64,000 nt of DNA. Origin: Firmicutes bacterium UBA6811. Its GTDB lineage: Bacteria; Bacillota; SHA-98; UBA4971. Positions 51,168 to 60,659 of the stretch are shown piece by piece (position 1 is the stretch's first letter; each line of letters begins with the position of its first letter). The position numbers and the translations under genes were made by a program. Under the pieces are notes generated by a model. It was given only the letters and a program-made list of their open reading frames with translations, was not told where the DNA came from and did not search any database. The stretch spans positions 16,349-80,348 of the forward strand of contig DKEX01000096.1 of the NCBI GenBank assembly GCA_002452295.1. The letters are read 5' to 3'.

Positions 51168-52427
51168 ATGAAGTACGTGATCCTTGGAAACGGCCCGGCG
51201 GGCGTGAGCGCCCTCGTAGCCATCCGGGAGCTGGACCCGGCCGGGGAGATCACGGTGGTGTCGCCGGAGACCTGGCGCTACTACTCAAAGATCCTCCTGA
51301 CCCGCTGGATCGCGGGAAAGGTGCGGTTCCCCAATCTCTTCCTGGCCGGCGAGGGCTTCTATGACCGCAACGGCGTGAAGACCCTGTTCGGGGTGGCCGC
51401 GACCCGCATCGACCCGGAGAGGCCGGTGGTCGAGCTCTCTAACAGGCAGCGACTGGATTACGACAGACTGCTCCTGGCGATGGGAAGCTCTCCTCAGGTG
51501 CCTGACATCCGCGGCATAAGGCTTCCCGGCGTCCACTATCTGAGGACGTTCGACGATGCGGAACGGATCGCCCTGGCCGCACCGTCGGCCCGACGGGCTG
51601 TGGTGATAGGGGGCGGCCTCGTCAGCCTCAAGACCGCGGAGGGGCTCCTCGCGCGGGGCCTCGAGGTATGGGTGGTCGTGTCGTCCGATAGGCTGCTATC
51701 GCAGATCACCGCGCCGGAGGATTCCGAGGCGGTGCTCCGGATCTTCCAGGGGCCGCCCGGGCTTCACATCGTCCTGGGGTGCGATGTCAGCGAGCTCGAG
51801 GGCAGGGGGCGGGTCGAGGAGGCTCACCTCAGCACGGGTGAGAGGGTCGAGTGCGACATCGTCGTGGTCGGCAAGGGCGTCACGCCGAACATCCTCGTCA
51901 CGCGCGGCACCGGGATCGCCACGGCGCGCGGGGTCATCGTCGACGGCAGGATGCAGACCAGCGTTCCCGGGATATACGCAGCCGGCGACATTGCCGAGTG
52001 TTACGACATCGCCCGCGGGAAGGCCGCCCTCAACGCGCTCTGGTCGAGCGCCGTGTGGCAGGGCAGGGTGGCGGGTTACAACATGGCGGGGCGGGATGTG
52101 TCATACGCCGGTGACGTGGCCCTGAACTCCGTCACGTTCGGCGGCGGGTGCGTTGTGGCCCTGGGGCGGCCCCGCCCCGAGGCAGGCGACGAGGTGCACA
52201 CGTTGGCCGGCAAGGGCGGCGGCGAATACGCGCGGCTCGTGTTCCGCGACGGCCGGCTTGTGGGGGCCGTGCTCACCGGACGCGCGGTGGAGACGGCCGG
52301 GGTGCTTCGCAGCCTCATCGTGCGGCAGGCCGACGCGACTCCGATCATGGACAGGCTGCTGGGCGGCAGGACGTCATACCCCAGGATTCTGAATCTGAAG
52401 CTGTCGGTGTCAGGGATTGCTTCCTGA
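51168..52427 (+). CDS. FAD-dependent NAD(P)H oxidoreductase (pyridine nucleotide-disulfide family, ferredoxin/rubredoxin reductase-like; AorC-like)
   Basis: The FAD site is YVILGNGPAGVSA and the NAD site is AVVIGGGLVSLKTAEGL, with IYAAGDIAE. Confidence 0.75.
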   Translation: MKYVILGNGPAGVSALVAIRELDPAGEITVVSPETWRYYSKILLTRWIAGKVRFPNLFLAGEGFYDRNGVKTLFGVAATRIDPERPVVELSNRQRLDYDRLLLAMGSSPQVPDIRGIRLPGVHYLRTFDDAERIALAAPSARRAVVIGGGLVSLKTAEGLLARGLEVWVVVSSDRLLSQITAPEDSEAVLRIFQGPPGLHIVLGCDVSELEGRGRVEEAHLSTGERVECDIVVVGKGVTPNILVTRGTGIATARGVIVDGRMQTSVPGIYAAGDIAECYDIARGKAALNALWSSAVWQGRVAGYNMAGRDVSYAGDVALNSVTFGGGCVVALGRPRPEAGDEVHTLAGKGGGEYARLVFRDGRLVGAVLTGRAVETAGVLRSLIVRQADATPIMDRLLGGRTSYPRILNLKLSVSGIAS

Positions 52428-52541
52428 CACCGGGTTCCCCTCATGTCCTTTCACTCTTGCGCGTGTCCGCTGCGGGTCACTCGATCAAGCAGACCTGTTG
52501 TGGCGGGGCCGGATGCGGCCTGCCACAGGAATGCTGGGAAT

Positions 52542-52760
52542 CTAGACGGCCTCCACCCGCTTGACCTCGGGCACCTCTTCCTTGAGCGCCCGCTCAACGC
52601 CGTTCTTCAGGGTCATCATGGACATCGGGCACCCGACGCACGCGCCCGTCAGCCTCACCTTCACCACGCCATCGTCGACGCTGACGAGCTCGACGTCGCC
52701 GCCGTGGGCCTGTAAAGCGAACCTGATCTTCTCCAGCGCCTTCTCGATCTTTTCCTGCAA
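52542..52760 (-). CDS. NifU-like Fe-S cluster scaffold/carrier domain protein (Nfu)
   Basis: It is 72 aa with the conserved CVGCPMS motif. Confidence 0.75.
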   Translation of the reverse strand: MQEKIEKALEKIRFALQAHGGDVELVSVDDGVVKVRLTGACVGCPMSMMTLKNGVERALKEEVPEVKRVEAV

Positions 52761-53015
52761 CGCTTACGCCTCCCCGGTCGAAGTTCTGGGACCATGCTGT
52801 CTTCAAGATTATACACCGTAAGTATGGCGCAAGTCGAGCAGACGAATTCAGGCGAGGACCAAGGCATGGCGATGCGAGAGCGCGCCTGCGGCGGCACGTT
52901 CCGGTGACGTCGCAGGCACGCCTCGGGCTTCAGCGGCGCGGGGCGCAGCGCCGGTTGGCCTCCCGGTCATCCGGCGCTGCCTATGCAGGTGATCCTCAGG
53001 GCGTGGGGAGAGGAC

Positions 53016-53942
53016 TCACGTTATCTGGATTTCCACGCTCAGCCTGACGCCCGTCCCGGTGTTGACCGCTGTGACGGTGTATACACCCGGCCGGACCGGC
53101 ACCCCTTCGTTCGTCGTCTGGTTCCAGGTCTGAAGGAAGATCATGTTCCCGCCGGGCGGCAGCGTGACCCGCTCTATCGCAAACGTGAAGAACTTCCCCG
53201 CCGACCAGCGCCATATCTCCCTCGTGTCGCGGGTGACGATGAAATCAAACCTCTGGCTGGACCGGTACGTGATCGTCACAGGGCTTGTGGTGACGTTGGT
53301 CTTCGTCAGGCTCATGCGCACAGGCTCGCCCCGGGCATAGCTGACCTTGTTCACCATGAACGTGTGCCGCAGGCCGTCTTGCACCACAGAGACCTGGTTC
53401 ACCCCGGTCACGGGTGCCGGTGGCGTCGGTGGAGGCCCAGGGGGTACTGGAGGCCCGGGTGGCACGGGCGGCGTCGGCACCGGCGGCGCTGGCGGAGGCG
53501 GCGGAGACGGCACGGGAGGCGGCGTGACTGGCGGTCCGGGCGGCACCACGGGTGGTGGAGGCGGCGGCAACGGCGTCGGGATCACGATGGTCGGCCTTAT
53601 CGGCACGAGCAGCACCTGTCCGACGACGATGAAGTCCGGGTTCGGAATGCGGTTTATGGCCGCAAGCACTTCCACGGTGGTCCCGAACCTCGCGGCTATC
53701 TCCGCGAGCGTGTCGCCTGGCTGGACGATGTATAGACGAAAACCAACCGGCACCGCGATGGGCGGGGGGGGCGACGGGGTCACCGGCGGCGCCGCCGGCA
53801 CGGGAATCTGGAGCACCTGTCCGACGAAGATCACGTCGGGATTCGCGATGTTGTTAGCCTCAACAATCGCCTCGACCGTGGTGCCGAACCTCTCCGCAAT
53901 GAGAGCAAGGGTGTCGCCAGGCTGGACTATATACGTGATCAT
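53016..53942 (-). CDS. Cell-wall-binding protein: two LysM domains, a Pro-rich linker, and a C-terminal BsuPI (intracellular proteinase inhibitor) domain
   Basis: The LysM repeats are YIVQPGDTLALIAERFGTTVEAIVEANNI and YIVQPGDTLAEIAARFGTTVEVLAAIN. The C-terminus has ...SSQRFDFIV...IWRWSAGKFF...PPGG...W...PGVYTV. The RBS is GGGAGGGA. Confidence 0.65.
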   Translation of the reverse strand: MITYIVQPGDTLALIAERFGTTVEAIVEANNIANPDVIFVGQVLQIPVPAAPPVTPSPPPPIAVPVGFRLYIVQPGDTLAEIAARFGTTVEVLAAINRIPNPDFIVVGQVLLVPIRPTIVIPTPLPPPPPPVVPPGPPVTPPPVPSPPPPPAPPVPTPPVPPGPPVPPGPPPTPPAPVTGVNQVSVVQDGLRHTFMVNKVSYARGEPVRMSLTKTNVTTSPVTITYRSSQRFDFIVTRDTREIWRWSAGKFFTFAIERVTLPPGGNMIFLQTWNQTTNEGVPVRPGVYTVTAVNTGTGVRLSVEIQIT

Positions 53943-54419
53943 GGCAATTCCCTCCCGGCGTCGTATGCCCTGAACCGGGATCACCCGGTGCGAGGGCCGA
54001 CAATTCCTCACAACATGTTATTCTATGTGCAGCACGGTGTTGCCTGTTGCCCGGCCATAGAGCGGGGAACCGACCTGATGTCCCCTTAAAGGAATACACG
54101 CAAGAGAGTCGAACAAAGAGCGTAGAGGAACCTGACATCACCCGGGCGCAACACGCATAGACCAGAGTATGGTCGGTTTGCCTGCGGGCCGGATGTCGTC
54201 GAGGGGCTCCGCCGGGACCGTGCCGGGGTCGTATCGCCGAACCTGCCCCAGGGGCCGAGGGAAGGCAGGGTTGCGCCCCCGGGGCACCTGATACGTGCGC
54301 CTGGCGCAAGACCCATTGGGAGCGTGCGACCCCTTGCAGGTGCGAACCCGTAGTCCAGTGCCAGCTACCCCTGGAGATGCGTCAGCGATCCCTGGGGTTG
54401 TGCTCAAAGGAGGCAGCGC

Positions 54420-55391
54420 GTGCCCCTGTTCGAGAGATTGCGAGAGCTCCCGGGACCCGTGCGCGCCGCCGCCGTGCTTCTCATGGGGGCGGGGGCGGTG
54501 TGTCTCGCGCTCTCGGCTGTTGCCGGAGAGCTCAAGGGGGAAGTCTGTCTCCATAGGGGCGCCCGCCTCGTGCAAACGGGGGGCGGTCCCTGGGGCCGAA
54601 CGCCGGCGACCGTGGATGCACTAGGAGCGCGGCCGGCCGCACTTGCGTCGGCGCCACCACCGGCACCCGCGACGCTGCGGGGGCTCGAGCAAGGATCTCT
54701 TCCGTCAGTATCAGCACCGGCACCAGCGCCAGCGCCGGCACCAGCACAGGCCGCTGTTCCGGCAACTGTCTCCGGCGATGTCCTGGATCGTATCCGTGCG
54801 GCCAGGACCCCAGTTCTTGAGCAAGAGGTTCTCGAGATCGCACGCGCCTCGGTAGCCGCTGCGGTTGCCGGTGACGGCGCAGAGGGGCGGCACCGGGCAG
54901 CGGTCTTCCCGGTGCGGACGCCGGGCGGCCTTCCTCGGGACGATGGCAGCGGCAGGGCCGTCCTCACGGCACCCGCTGGAGTGTTCGTCGCGCTCATCCT
55001 CGATGGCAGGGTGAGCGGGTGCATGGGCACCGTCTATCCGATGGAGGCGTCGCTCGCCGAGGAGATCGCAAGCGCGGCGCGGATGGCGGCTACGTCGGAC
55101 CCGCGTCGCCTGCCCGTGCGACCGGAGGAAGTGGCTCGGCTCGAGTACTGCGTGTCGGTGGTCGGCAGGGTGAGGCGGCACGACCCCGCGGTGCCGGTGA
55201 ACCCGCGAATCCAGGGCGTCATTGTAAGGGCGAACGGGAGGGCTGGCGTGATCCTGCCCGGCGAGGCCAGGACGGGCGCATACGAGATGGCCTGGGCGAA
55301 GCGCGAGGCCGGCGTGGGTCCAGGTGAGCACTATGAGCTATACGTCTTCGAGACGGAGCGATTCGGGAAGGCCCTGCCTTTGAGAAGGTAG
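54420..55391 (+). CDS. AMMECR1-domain protein with an N-terminal signal/TM segment and an Ala/Pro-rich linker
   Basis: There is an N-terminal hydrophobic segment AAVLLMGAGAVCLALSAV, a PAPAPAPA linker, and a C-terminal AMMECR1 core with GVFVALILDGRVSGCMG. Confidence 0.7.
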   Translation: MPLFERLRELPGPVRAAAVLLMGAGAVCLALSAVAGELKGEVCLHRGARLVQTGGGPWGRTPATVDALGARPAALASAPPPAPATLRGLEQGSLPSVSAPAPAPAPAPAQAAVPATVSGDVLDRIRAARTPVLEQEVLEIARASVAAAVAGDGAEGRHRAAVFPVRTPGGLPRDDGSGRAVLTAPAGVFVALILDGRVSGCMGTVYPMEASLAEEIASAARMAATSDPRRLPVRPEEVARLEYCVSVVGRVRRHDPAVPVNPRIQGVIVRANGRAGVILPGEARTGAYEMAWAKREAGVGPGEHYELYVFETERFGKALPLRR

Positions 55392-55410
55392 GCGAAGGAG
55401 GTAGGCGGCT

Positions 55411-58400
55411 GTGAAACCTCGTATCGCGCGATCGATACCTTACGCGGTTGCGGCGCTCGCGGCGGCTGCGGCGCTCGCGTTTCTCGCAAGGCCGCTTTCT
55501 GCAGATAGCGCCGATAAGGGTTACCTTTACATGTATACGGAGGAGAGGGTATGGGCGCCTTCCGAGCACCCGTCCGTGATAGTCCGAGGTCGGAGCGCGA
55601 CGCGGATTGACTTCACAGTGTGGAGGTTCAACCCCATCACGCAATACCAGGCGCGTGGGTCGCTGCACTCGGCCGCGGAGGCCCTACCTCAGGGCGGGGC
55701 GGTGCTGGTGAAGAGGCTCACGGAGTATCCGCGCCCGAACAAGCGGGGTGGGGACTACACTTTGAGGGTGCCCGTGCCTGCCGACAGGGTCGCGGGCTAC
55801 GTCGTGAAGGCGCGCGACAGCCACGGCCGCGAGGACACCACGTGGATCCTCGTGACCGACCTCGGCCTCGTGACGAAGCAGGCGCAGGATAAGCTCCTCG
55901 TGTACGCCCACACCTTTGGCAAGGACGCGCCGTGCGCGGGCGCGAAGGTCGCCGTGTACAGCGAGGGCAAGGAGGTCGGAAGCGGAACCACAGGGGGCGA
56001 TGGCCTGTGGGTGCTGAACGCCCCGGGCCTTGCAAAGGGCCTTTCGGTGGTCGGGACGGCAGGCGAGAGCTTCGCCCAGGTGACCTCGTCCTACTACTGG
56101 GAGGACTCCCGCTACAAGGCGTACATCTACACCGACAGGCCCGTATACCGGCCGGGCCAGCGGGTGTTCTTCAAGGGCATCCTCCGCGACGAGGACGGCG
56201 GAGACTACAAGGTGCTCGCGGGCGAGCCCGTCCGCGTGGAGGTGCGTGACGCGCGCGACGCGTGCATCTACAAGACCGAGGCCACGACGAACAGCTTCGG
56301 CTCATTCACCGGCGATCTCGTGCTCGGGGACGAGCCGGCGCTCGGCGTTTGCCGGGTGCTCGCCACGGTGAGGGGGAGCACGCACTCGGGCGCGTTCAAG
56401 GTGGCGGAGTACCGCAAGCCCGAGTACCAGGTGCAGGTGGAAGTGCCGAAGACCACGTACGTGGCGGGCGACGAGGTCCCGGTGAGCGTGAAGGCCGCCT
56501 ACTACTTCGGCGCGCCAGTCCCAGGTGCAAAGGTCAAATACGCCGCGTACTCCCAGCCGCACTACTTCTCGTACTACTCCTTCGAGGACCTTGGTTACTA
56601 TCCGGTCGGCGACGAGGACTTCGGGTACTACGGCGAGCTTGTGGCGTCCGGCGAAGGCGTGACGGACTCAAGTGGGCGCATGTCGTTCGCCATCAAGACG
56701 CAAAAGGCGGACACGACGAGGAAGATGTTCATCGAAGCGGTCGTGACCGACGAGAGCAGGCGCGAGGTCACGGGCAGAACCTCGGTGATCGTGGCGCGGG
56801 GGCTGTTCGACGTGAGCGTGCAGCCGGCGGCCTACGTGGTGGAGCCGGGCAAGCCTGCCACCGTGCGGGTGAAGGCCGAGACCATAGAGGGCAAGCCGCT
56901 TGCCGTGCGGCTCGAGTGGCAGGCCGTGCGCCGGACATGGGAGAACAAGAAGGCCAGGCGGTGGAAGGAGGCGTCGGGCGCGCTGCGCACGGCGGCCGAC
57001 GGGACGGGGAGCTTTGAGTTCACGCCGCGCGAGGAAGGGTCCTACGTGGTGGAGGTCGCCGGGACCGACGAACGCGGCAACCGGATCGTCTCCGAAGCGT
57101 ATCTCTGGGTCACGAGCGGAGCGAGCCGCTGGGCGAGTTACGGCGGCACCGAGATAGAGATCGTGGCCGACAAGGACGTGTACGAGATCGGGGACACGGC
57201 GAAGATCCTCGTGAACACCACGCTCGACGACGCGTGGGCGGTGGTGACGGTCGAGGGGCGCGACCTTGCCTCGCACGGGGTGGTCCACATCATGGGCCAC
57301 ACGAGGCTGTTCGAGGTCCCCATCACCCGGGAGCACCTTCCGAACGCGTTCTTCACCGTGACGATAGTCCGCGGGAAGAGGCTCTTCTCCAGGGAGAAGA
57401 CCATCTATGTGTCGACGAAGGACAACTACCTGAACGTGGCGATCATTCCGAACAAGGAGACCTACGGTCCCGGCGACAAGGCTACCTATGTGGTGAAGAC
57501 GACGGATGCGGCGGGCCGCCCGGTGCAGTCCGAGGTGTCGCTGGGGGTCGTGGACGCATCCATATACGCGATCCAGCCGGAGATGGCGCCCGACATAAAG
57601 AAGGCGTTCTACGGGTCCATCTGGAACAGGGTGGTCACGAGCTATTCGTTCCCGGAGTGGTATTACGGAGGTGCCGACAAAGTCGGCGGGTCGGCGGACG
57701 TGAGGAGGAAGTTCGAGGACACGGCCTTCTGGAATCCCACCATCGTGACGGACCGAAACGGCACCGGGAAGATCGAGTTCGTCATGCCGGATAACCTCAC
57801 GACGTGGCGGGCGACCGCGAGGGCCCACACCCTCAAGACCCAGGTGGGGTCGGCGACTCGAGACGTGGTGACGACCAAGGACCTCGTCGTGAGGCTTGCG
57901 ACGCCGCGCTTGTTCACGCTGGGCGACCGGACGGCGGTCTCGACGATCGTCCACAACTACACCGGGCGCAAGATTAAGGCGAAGATCACTCTCAAGGCCG
58001 AGGGTGTCACGCTGAAAGATGCGGGCGAGCGCGAGGTGGAGCTTGGCCCCATGGGCCAGGCCTCGCTCGACTGGAAGGTTGAGTGCGGCGAGGTCGGAGT
58101 CGCACGCTTTGCGGCGTCGGCCCAGGCTGACGTCGGACGGGCGCGGGACGCGCTTGAAATGGGCGTGCCGGTGCTGCCCTTCGGTAGGCGGCACGAGCGA
58201 CACGAGGCTGGCGAGGTGGGCGGCGATGCCGCTAGCGGCGCAGGGGCCGGGAAGGCGCTCGTCAGGTTCGATGTGCCAGAGGACGCGCTGCCTGGCACGG
58301 TCGACGTGAAGGTGCGGCTCGCGCCATCGGTTGCGGCCGCGGCCCTGGGGGCTCTCGAATACCTGGCGTCGTTCCCGTACGGGTGTGTGGAGCAGACCAT

Positions 58401-60531
58401 GAACTCCTTCCTGCCCGACGTGGTGGTGGCCTGGACGCTAAAGGATCTCGGGGTGGAGGCGCCGCCTGAAGTCGAGCAGGACCTGCCGAGGATGGTCTCG
58501 GCGGGCCTCGCGAGGCTCTACCGCTACCAGCACTACGACGGAGGATGGGGCTGGTGGGAGTACGACCAGACGGACCCGAGGATGACCGCTTACGTGGTAT
58601 ACGGCCTCGACCTTGCGCGGAAGGCGGGGTTCGAGGTGGACGGCCAGGTGCTCGCGCGAGGGAAGAGAGCGCTTGTCGAGCTTGCTGGTAGGCCGCGCGA
58701 CGTGGACGACCTCGTATACAAGCTCTACGTCATGTCCGAGGTGGGCGAGAGGAGCCTTGCGAGGCTCGACGAGATGGTGGCGAGGCGGCTCGAGCTTTCC
58801 GAATACTCGCTTGCGCTCCTCGTGCTTACTCTCGACAACGTGGGCCGGGCCGATGATGCCAGGGAGGTGCTCCAGGATCTCCTGGCGTCGGCGCGGGGCG
58901 ACGACATGCTCACCTACTGGGACGCGCCGGAGGGCGAGCGGTACTGGGCGGACAACCGCGTGGAGACCACGGCGTACGCGCTCATGGCGATGCTTGCGGT
59001 GGACCCCGGGAACGAGAAGGTCCCGGGAGCGGTGAGGTGGCTTGCGGACGCGCGGCAGGGCAAGGCATGGTTCTCAACCAAGGACACCGCCGTGGCCGTG
59101 TTCGCGCTGGCGGAGTACCTGAAGCTACGCGACGAGGTCGCGCCGAACTACACCGCTACCGTCAGCATCAACGGAAAAGATGTCAAGAAGGTGCATTTCA
59201 CCAGAAAGGACGTCTTCGGGAAGGAGATCGAGGTCAGCATAGACGCGCGCGACCTTGCGCGCGGGCAGAATGAGATCACCATCGCGAAGGACGGCGGGAA
59301 GGGCAGGCTGTACTACACGTTCTCTTGTGAGTACTACACGGCTGCGGACTCCGTGGCGCCCGAAGGGCAGGGCCTCGCGGTGACCCGGGGCTACTACCGG
59401 AGGGCCCCGGCGCCGGCCGCTGCCGGGCGCGAGAGGCGCGAGGACGGAAAGACGCGCGGCGGTGAGGAGAAGCCGGAGTACGTGTACGAACCCGTGACCG
59501 GCGCTGTGAAGCCGGGCGAGGAGATATACGTTCGCATAAACATCAAGGCCGATAGCCCGTATACCTATATGATCATCGAAGATCCGCTCCCGTCGGGCTT
59601 CGAGACTTCGGATGAGCCGATCGACGTCTATAGCTGGCACTTCTCGTACGGCAGGAAGGAGGTCCGCGACGAGAAGGTGGCCTTCTTCAGCGGCTACCTG
59701 AAGGAGGGCGAAGACGAGATCGTGTACCCCATACGAGCTGAGCGGCCCGGGGATTACCGGGTCATGCCGACGCGGGTGTGGGGCATGTACTCGCCTGACG
59801 TCTTCGGCCAGTCGGCAAGCTCGGAGATCTCCTGCAGGGAGCCGGTGCTTGCGAGCTTCTCCACGACGCTCAAGGACCCGGAGGAGAGCCGCAACTACAA
59901 CGTTGCGCTGGCTGCGGCCGCCATCGACGGAGTCGTGCTCCAGCCGGGCGAGGAGTTCTCCTTCGACCGGGTCGTAGGGCCGAGGCTCGCGGAGGCCGGC
60001 TACAGGAATGCGCGGGTGATCTCCGGAGGCAAGAGCGTGCCGGGGATCGGCGGAGGGGTATGCCAGGTGTCGACGACCCTCTACAACGTGGCTCTCCTCG
60101 CCGGGCTCGAGATCGTCGAGCGCCACCCGCACTCAAGGCCGGTTGGGTACGTCCCGCCCGGGCTTGATGCTACGGTGGCCGAAGGCCAGTACGATCTCAG
60201 GTTCCGGAACACGCTTGGGGTGCCGCTGACGCTGGGCGCCCGCGTGGACGGGAACAGGTTGCTGATGGAGGCGCGGGCGCCTCTCGCGGAGGCCCCGGAG
60301 GTGCGCGTGACCACTGAGGTCCAGGGGACCGAGAGGCCGAGGCTCATCGGCGGGGTCGGTGCGGGCACCACGGGCGCTGTGGCCGAGCCGGGGGGGCCTG
60401 CCTACGGAGGCGAGAGCGGCATCCGCGTTGCAGTGTGGAGGAGTTTTTCCTCAGGCGGCGAAGCCACAAAGGAGCTGGTATCCGAGGATTATTACAAGCC
60501 GGTGCACGCGGTGGCCTCGTCGGTGCGGTAG
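55411..60531 (+). CDS. Secreted alpha-2-macroglobulin family protein with intact thioester (GCVEQ), fused to a C-terminal VanW domain
   Basis: It has a signal peptide and multiple MG domains. The thioester FPYGCVEQTMNSF is at about aa 990. The C-terminal VanW block is GGKSVPGIGGGVCQVSTTLYNVALLAG. It is 1706 aa. Confidence 0.8.
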   Translation: MKPRIARSIPYAVAALAAAAALAFLARPLSADSADKGYLYMYTEERVWAPSEHPSVIVRGRSATRIDFTVWRFNPITQYQARGSLHSAAEALPQGGAVLVKRLTEYPRPNKRGGDYTLRVPVPADRVAGYVVKARDSHGREDTTWILVTDLGLVTKQAQDKLLVYAHTFGKDAPCAGAKVAVYSEGKEVGSGTTGGDGLWVLNAPGLAKGLSVVGTAGESFAQVTSSYYWEDSRYKAYIYTDRPVYRPGQRVFFKGILRDEDGGDYKVLAGEPVRVEVRDARDACIYKTEATTNSFGSFTGDLVLGDEPALGVCRVLATVRGSTHSGAFKVAEYRKPEYQVQVEVPKTTYVAGDEVPVSVKAAYYFGAPVPGAKVKYAAYSQPHYFSYYSFEDLGYYPVGDEDFGYYGELVASGEGVTDSSGRMSFAIKTQKADTTRKMFIEAVVTDESRREVTGRTSVIVARGLFDVSVQPAAYVVEPGKPATVRVKAETIEGKPLAVRLEWQAVRRTWENKKARRWKEASGALRTAADGTGSFEFTPREEGSYVVEVAGTDERGNRIVSEAYLWVTSGASRWASYGGTEIEIVADKDVYEIGDTAKILVNTTLDDAWAVVTVEGRDLASHGVVHIMGHTRLFEVPITREHLPNAFFTVTIVRGKRLFSREKTIYVSTKDNYLNVAIIPNKETYGPGDKATYVVKTTDAAGRPVQSEVSLGVVDASIYAIQPEMAPDIKKAFYGSIWNRVVTSYSFPEWYYGGADKVGGSADVRRKFEDTAFWNPTIVTDRNGTGKIEFVMPDNLTTWRATARAHTLKTQVGSATRDVVTTKDLVVRLATPRLFTLGDRTAVSTIVHNYTGRKIKAKITLKAEGVTLKDAGEREVELGPMGQASLDWKVECGEVGVARFAASAQADVGRARDALEMGVPVLPFGRRHERHEAGEVGGDAASGAGAGKALVRFDVPEDALPGTVDVKVRLAPSVAAAALGALEYLASFPYGCVEQTMNSFLPDVVVAWTLKDLGVEAPPEVEQDLPRMVSAGLARLYRYQHYDGGWGWWEYDQTDPRMTAYVVYGLDLARKAGFEVDGQVLARGKRALVELAGRPRDVDDLVYKLYVMSEVGERSLARLDEMVARRLELSEYSLALLVLTLDNVGRADDAREVLQDLLASARGDDMLTYWDAPEGERYWADNRVETTAYALMAMLAVDPGNEKVPGAVRWLADARQGKAWFSTKDTAVAVFALAEYLKLRDEVAPNYTATVSINGKDVKKVHFTRKDVFGKEIEVSIDARDLARGQNEITIAKDGGKGRLYYTFSCEYYTAADSVAPEGQGLAVTRGYYRRAPAPAAAGRERREDGKTRGGEEKPEYVYEPVTGAVKPGEEIYVRINIKADSPYTYMIIEDPLPSGFETSDEPIDVYSWHFSYGRKEVRDEKVAFFSGYLKEGEDEIVYPIRAERPGDYRVMPTRVWGMYSPDVFGQSASSEISCREPVLASFSTTLKDPEESRNYNVALAAAAIDGVVLQPGEEFSFDRVVGPRLAEAGYRNARVISGGKSVPGIGGGVCQVSTTLYNVALLAGLEIVERHPHSRPVGYVPPGLDATVAEGQYDLRFRNTLGVPLTLGARVDGNRLLMEARAPLAEAPEVRVTTEVQGTERPRLIGGVGAGTTGAVAEPGGPAYGGESGIRVAVWRSFSSGGEATKELVSEDYYKPVHAVASSVR

Positions 60532-60659
60532 GCGCGGTGGAAAGACACGGTGCTCTGTGTCACGAACCTCCGAGCTCATCCGGCCGGGGAGGCTGATGAG
60601 CTGTCAAAGCCCGCTTGCGACATCCTTGATTCCTGACAGCGTGAGACGGAGGGAGTTGC

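Noticed and set aside
52983-53735. 250-aa plus-strand Gly/Arg-rich ORF
   Set aside because: It is antisense to the Pro-rich linker of the LysM/BsuPI gene. The (GGN)n is simply the complement of (CCN)n.
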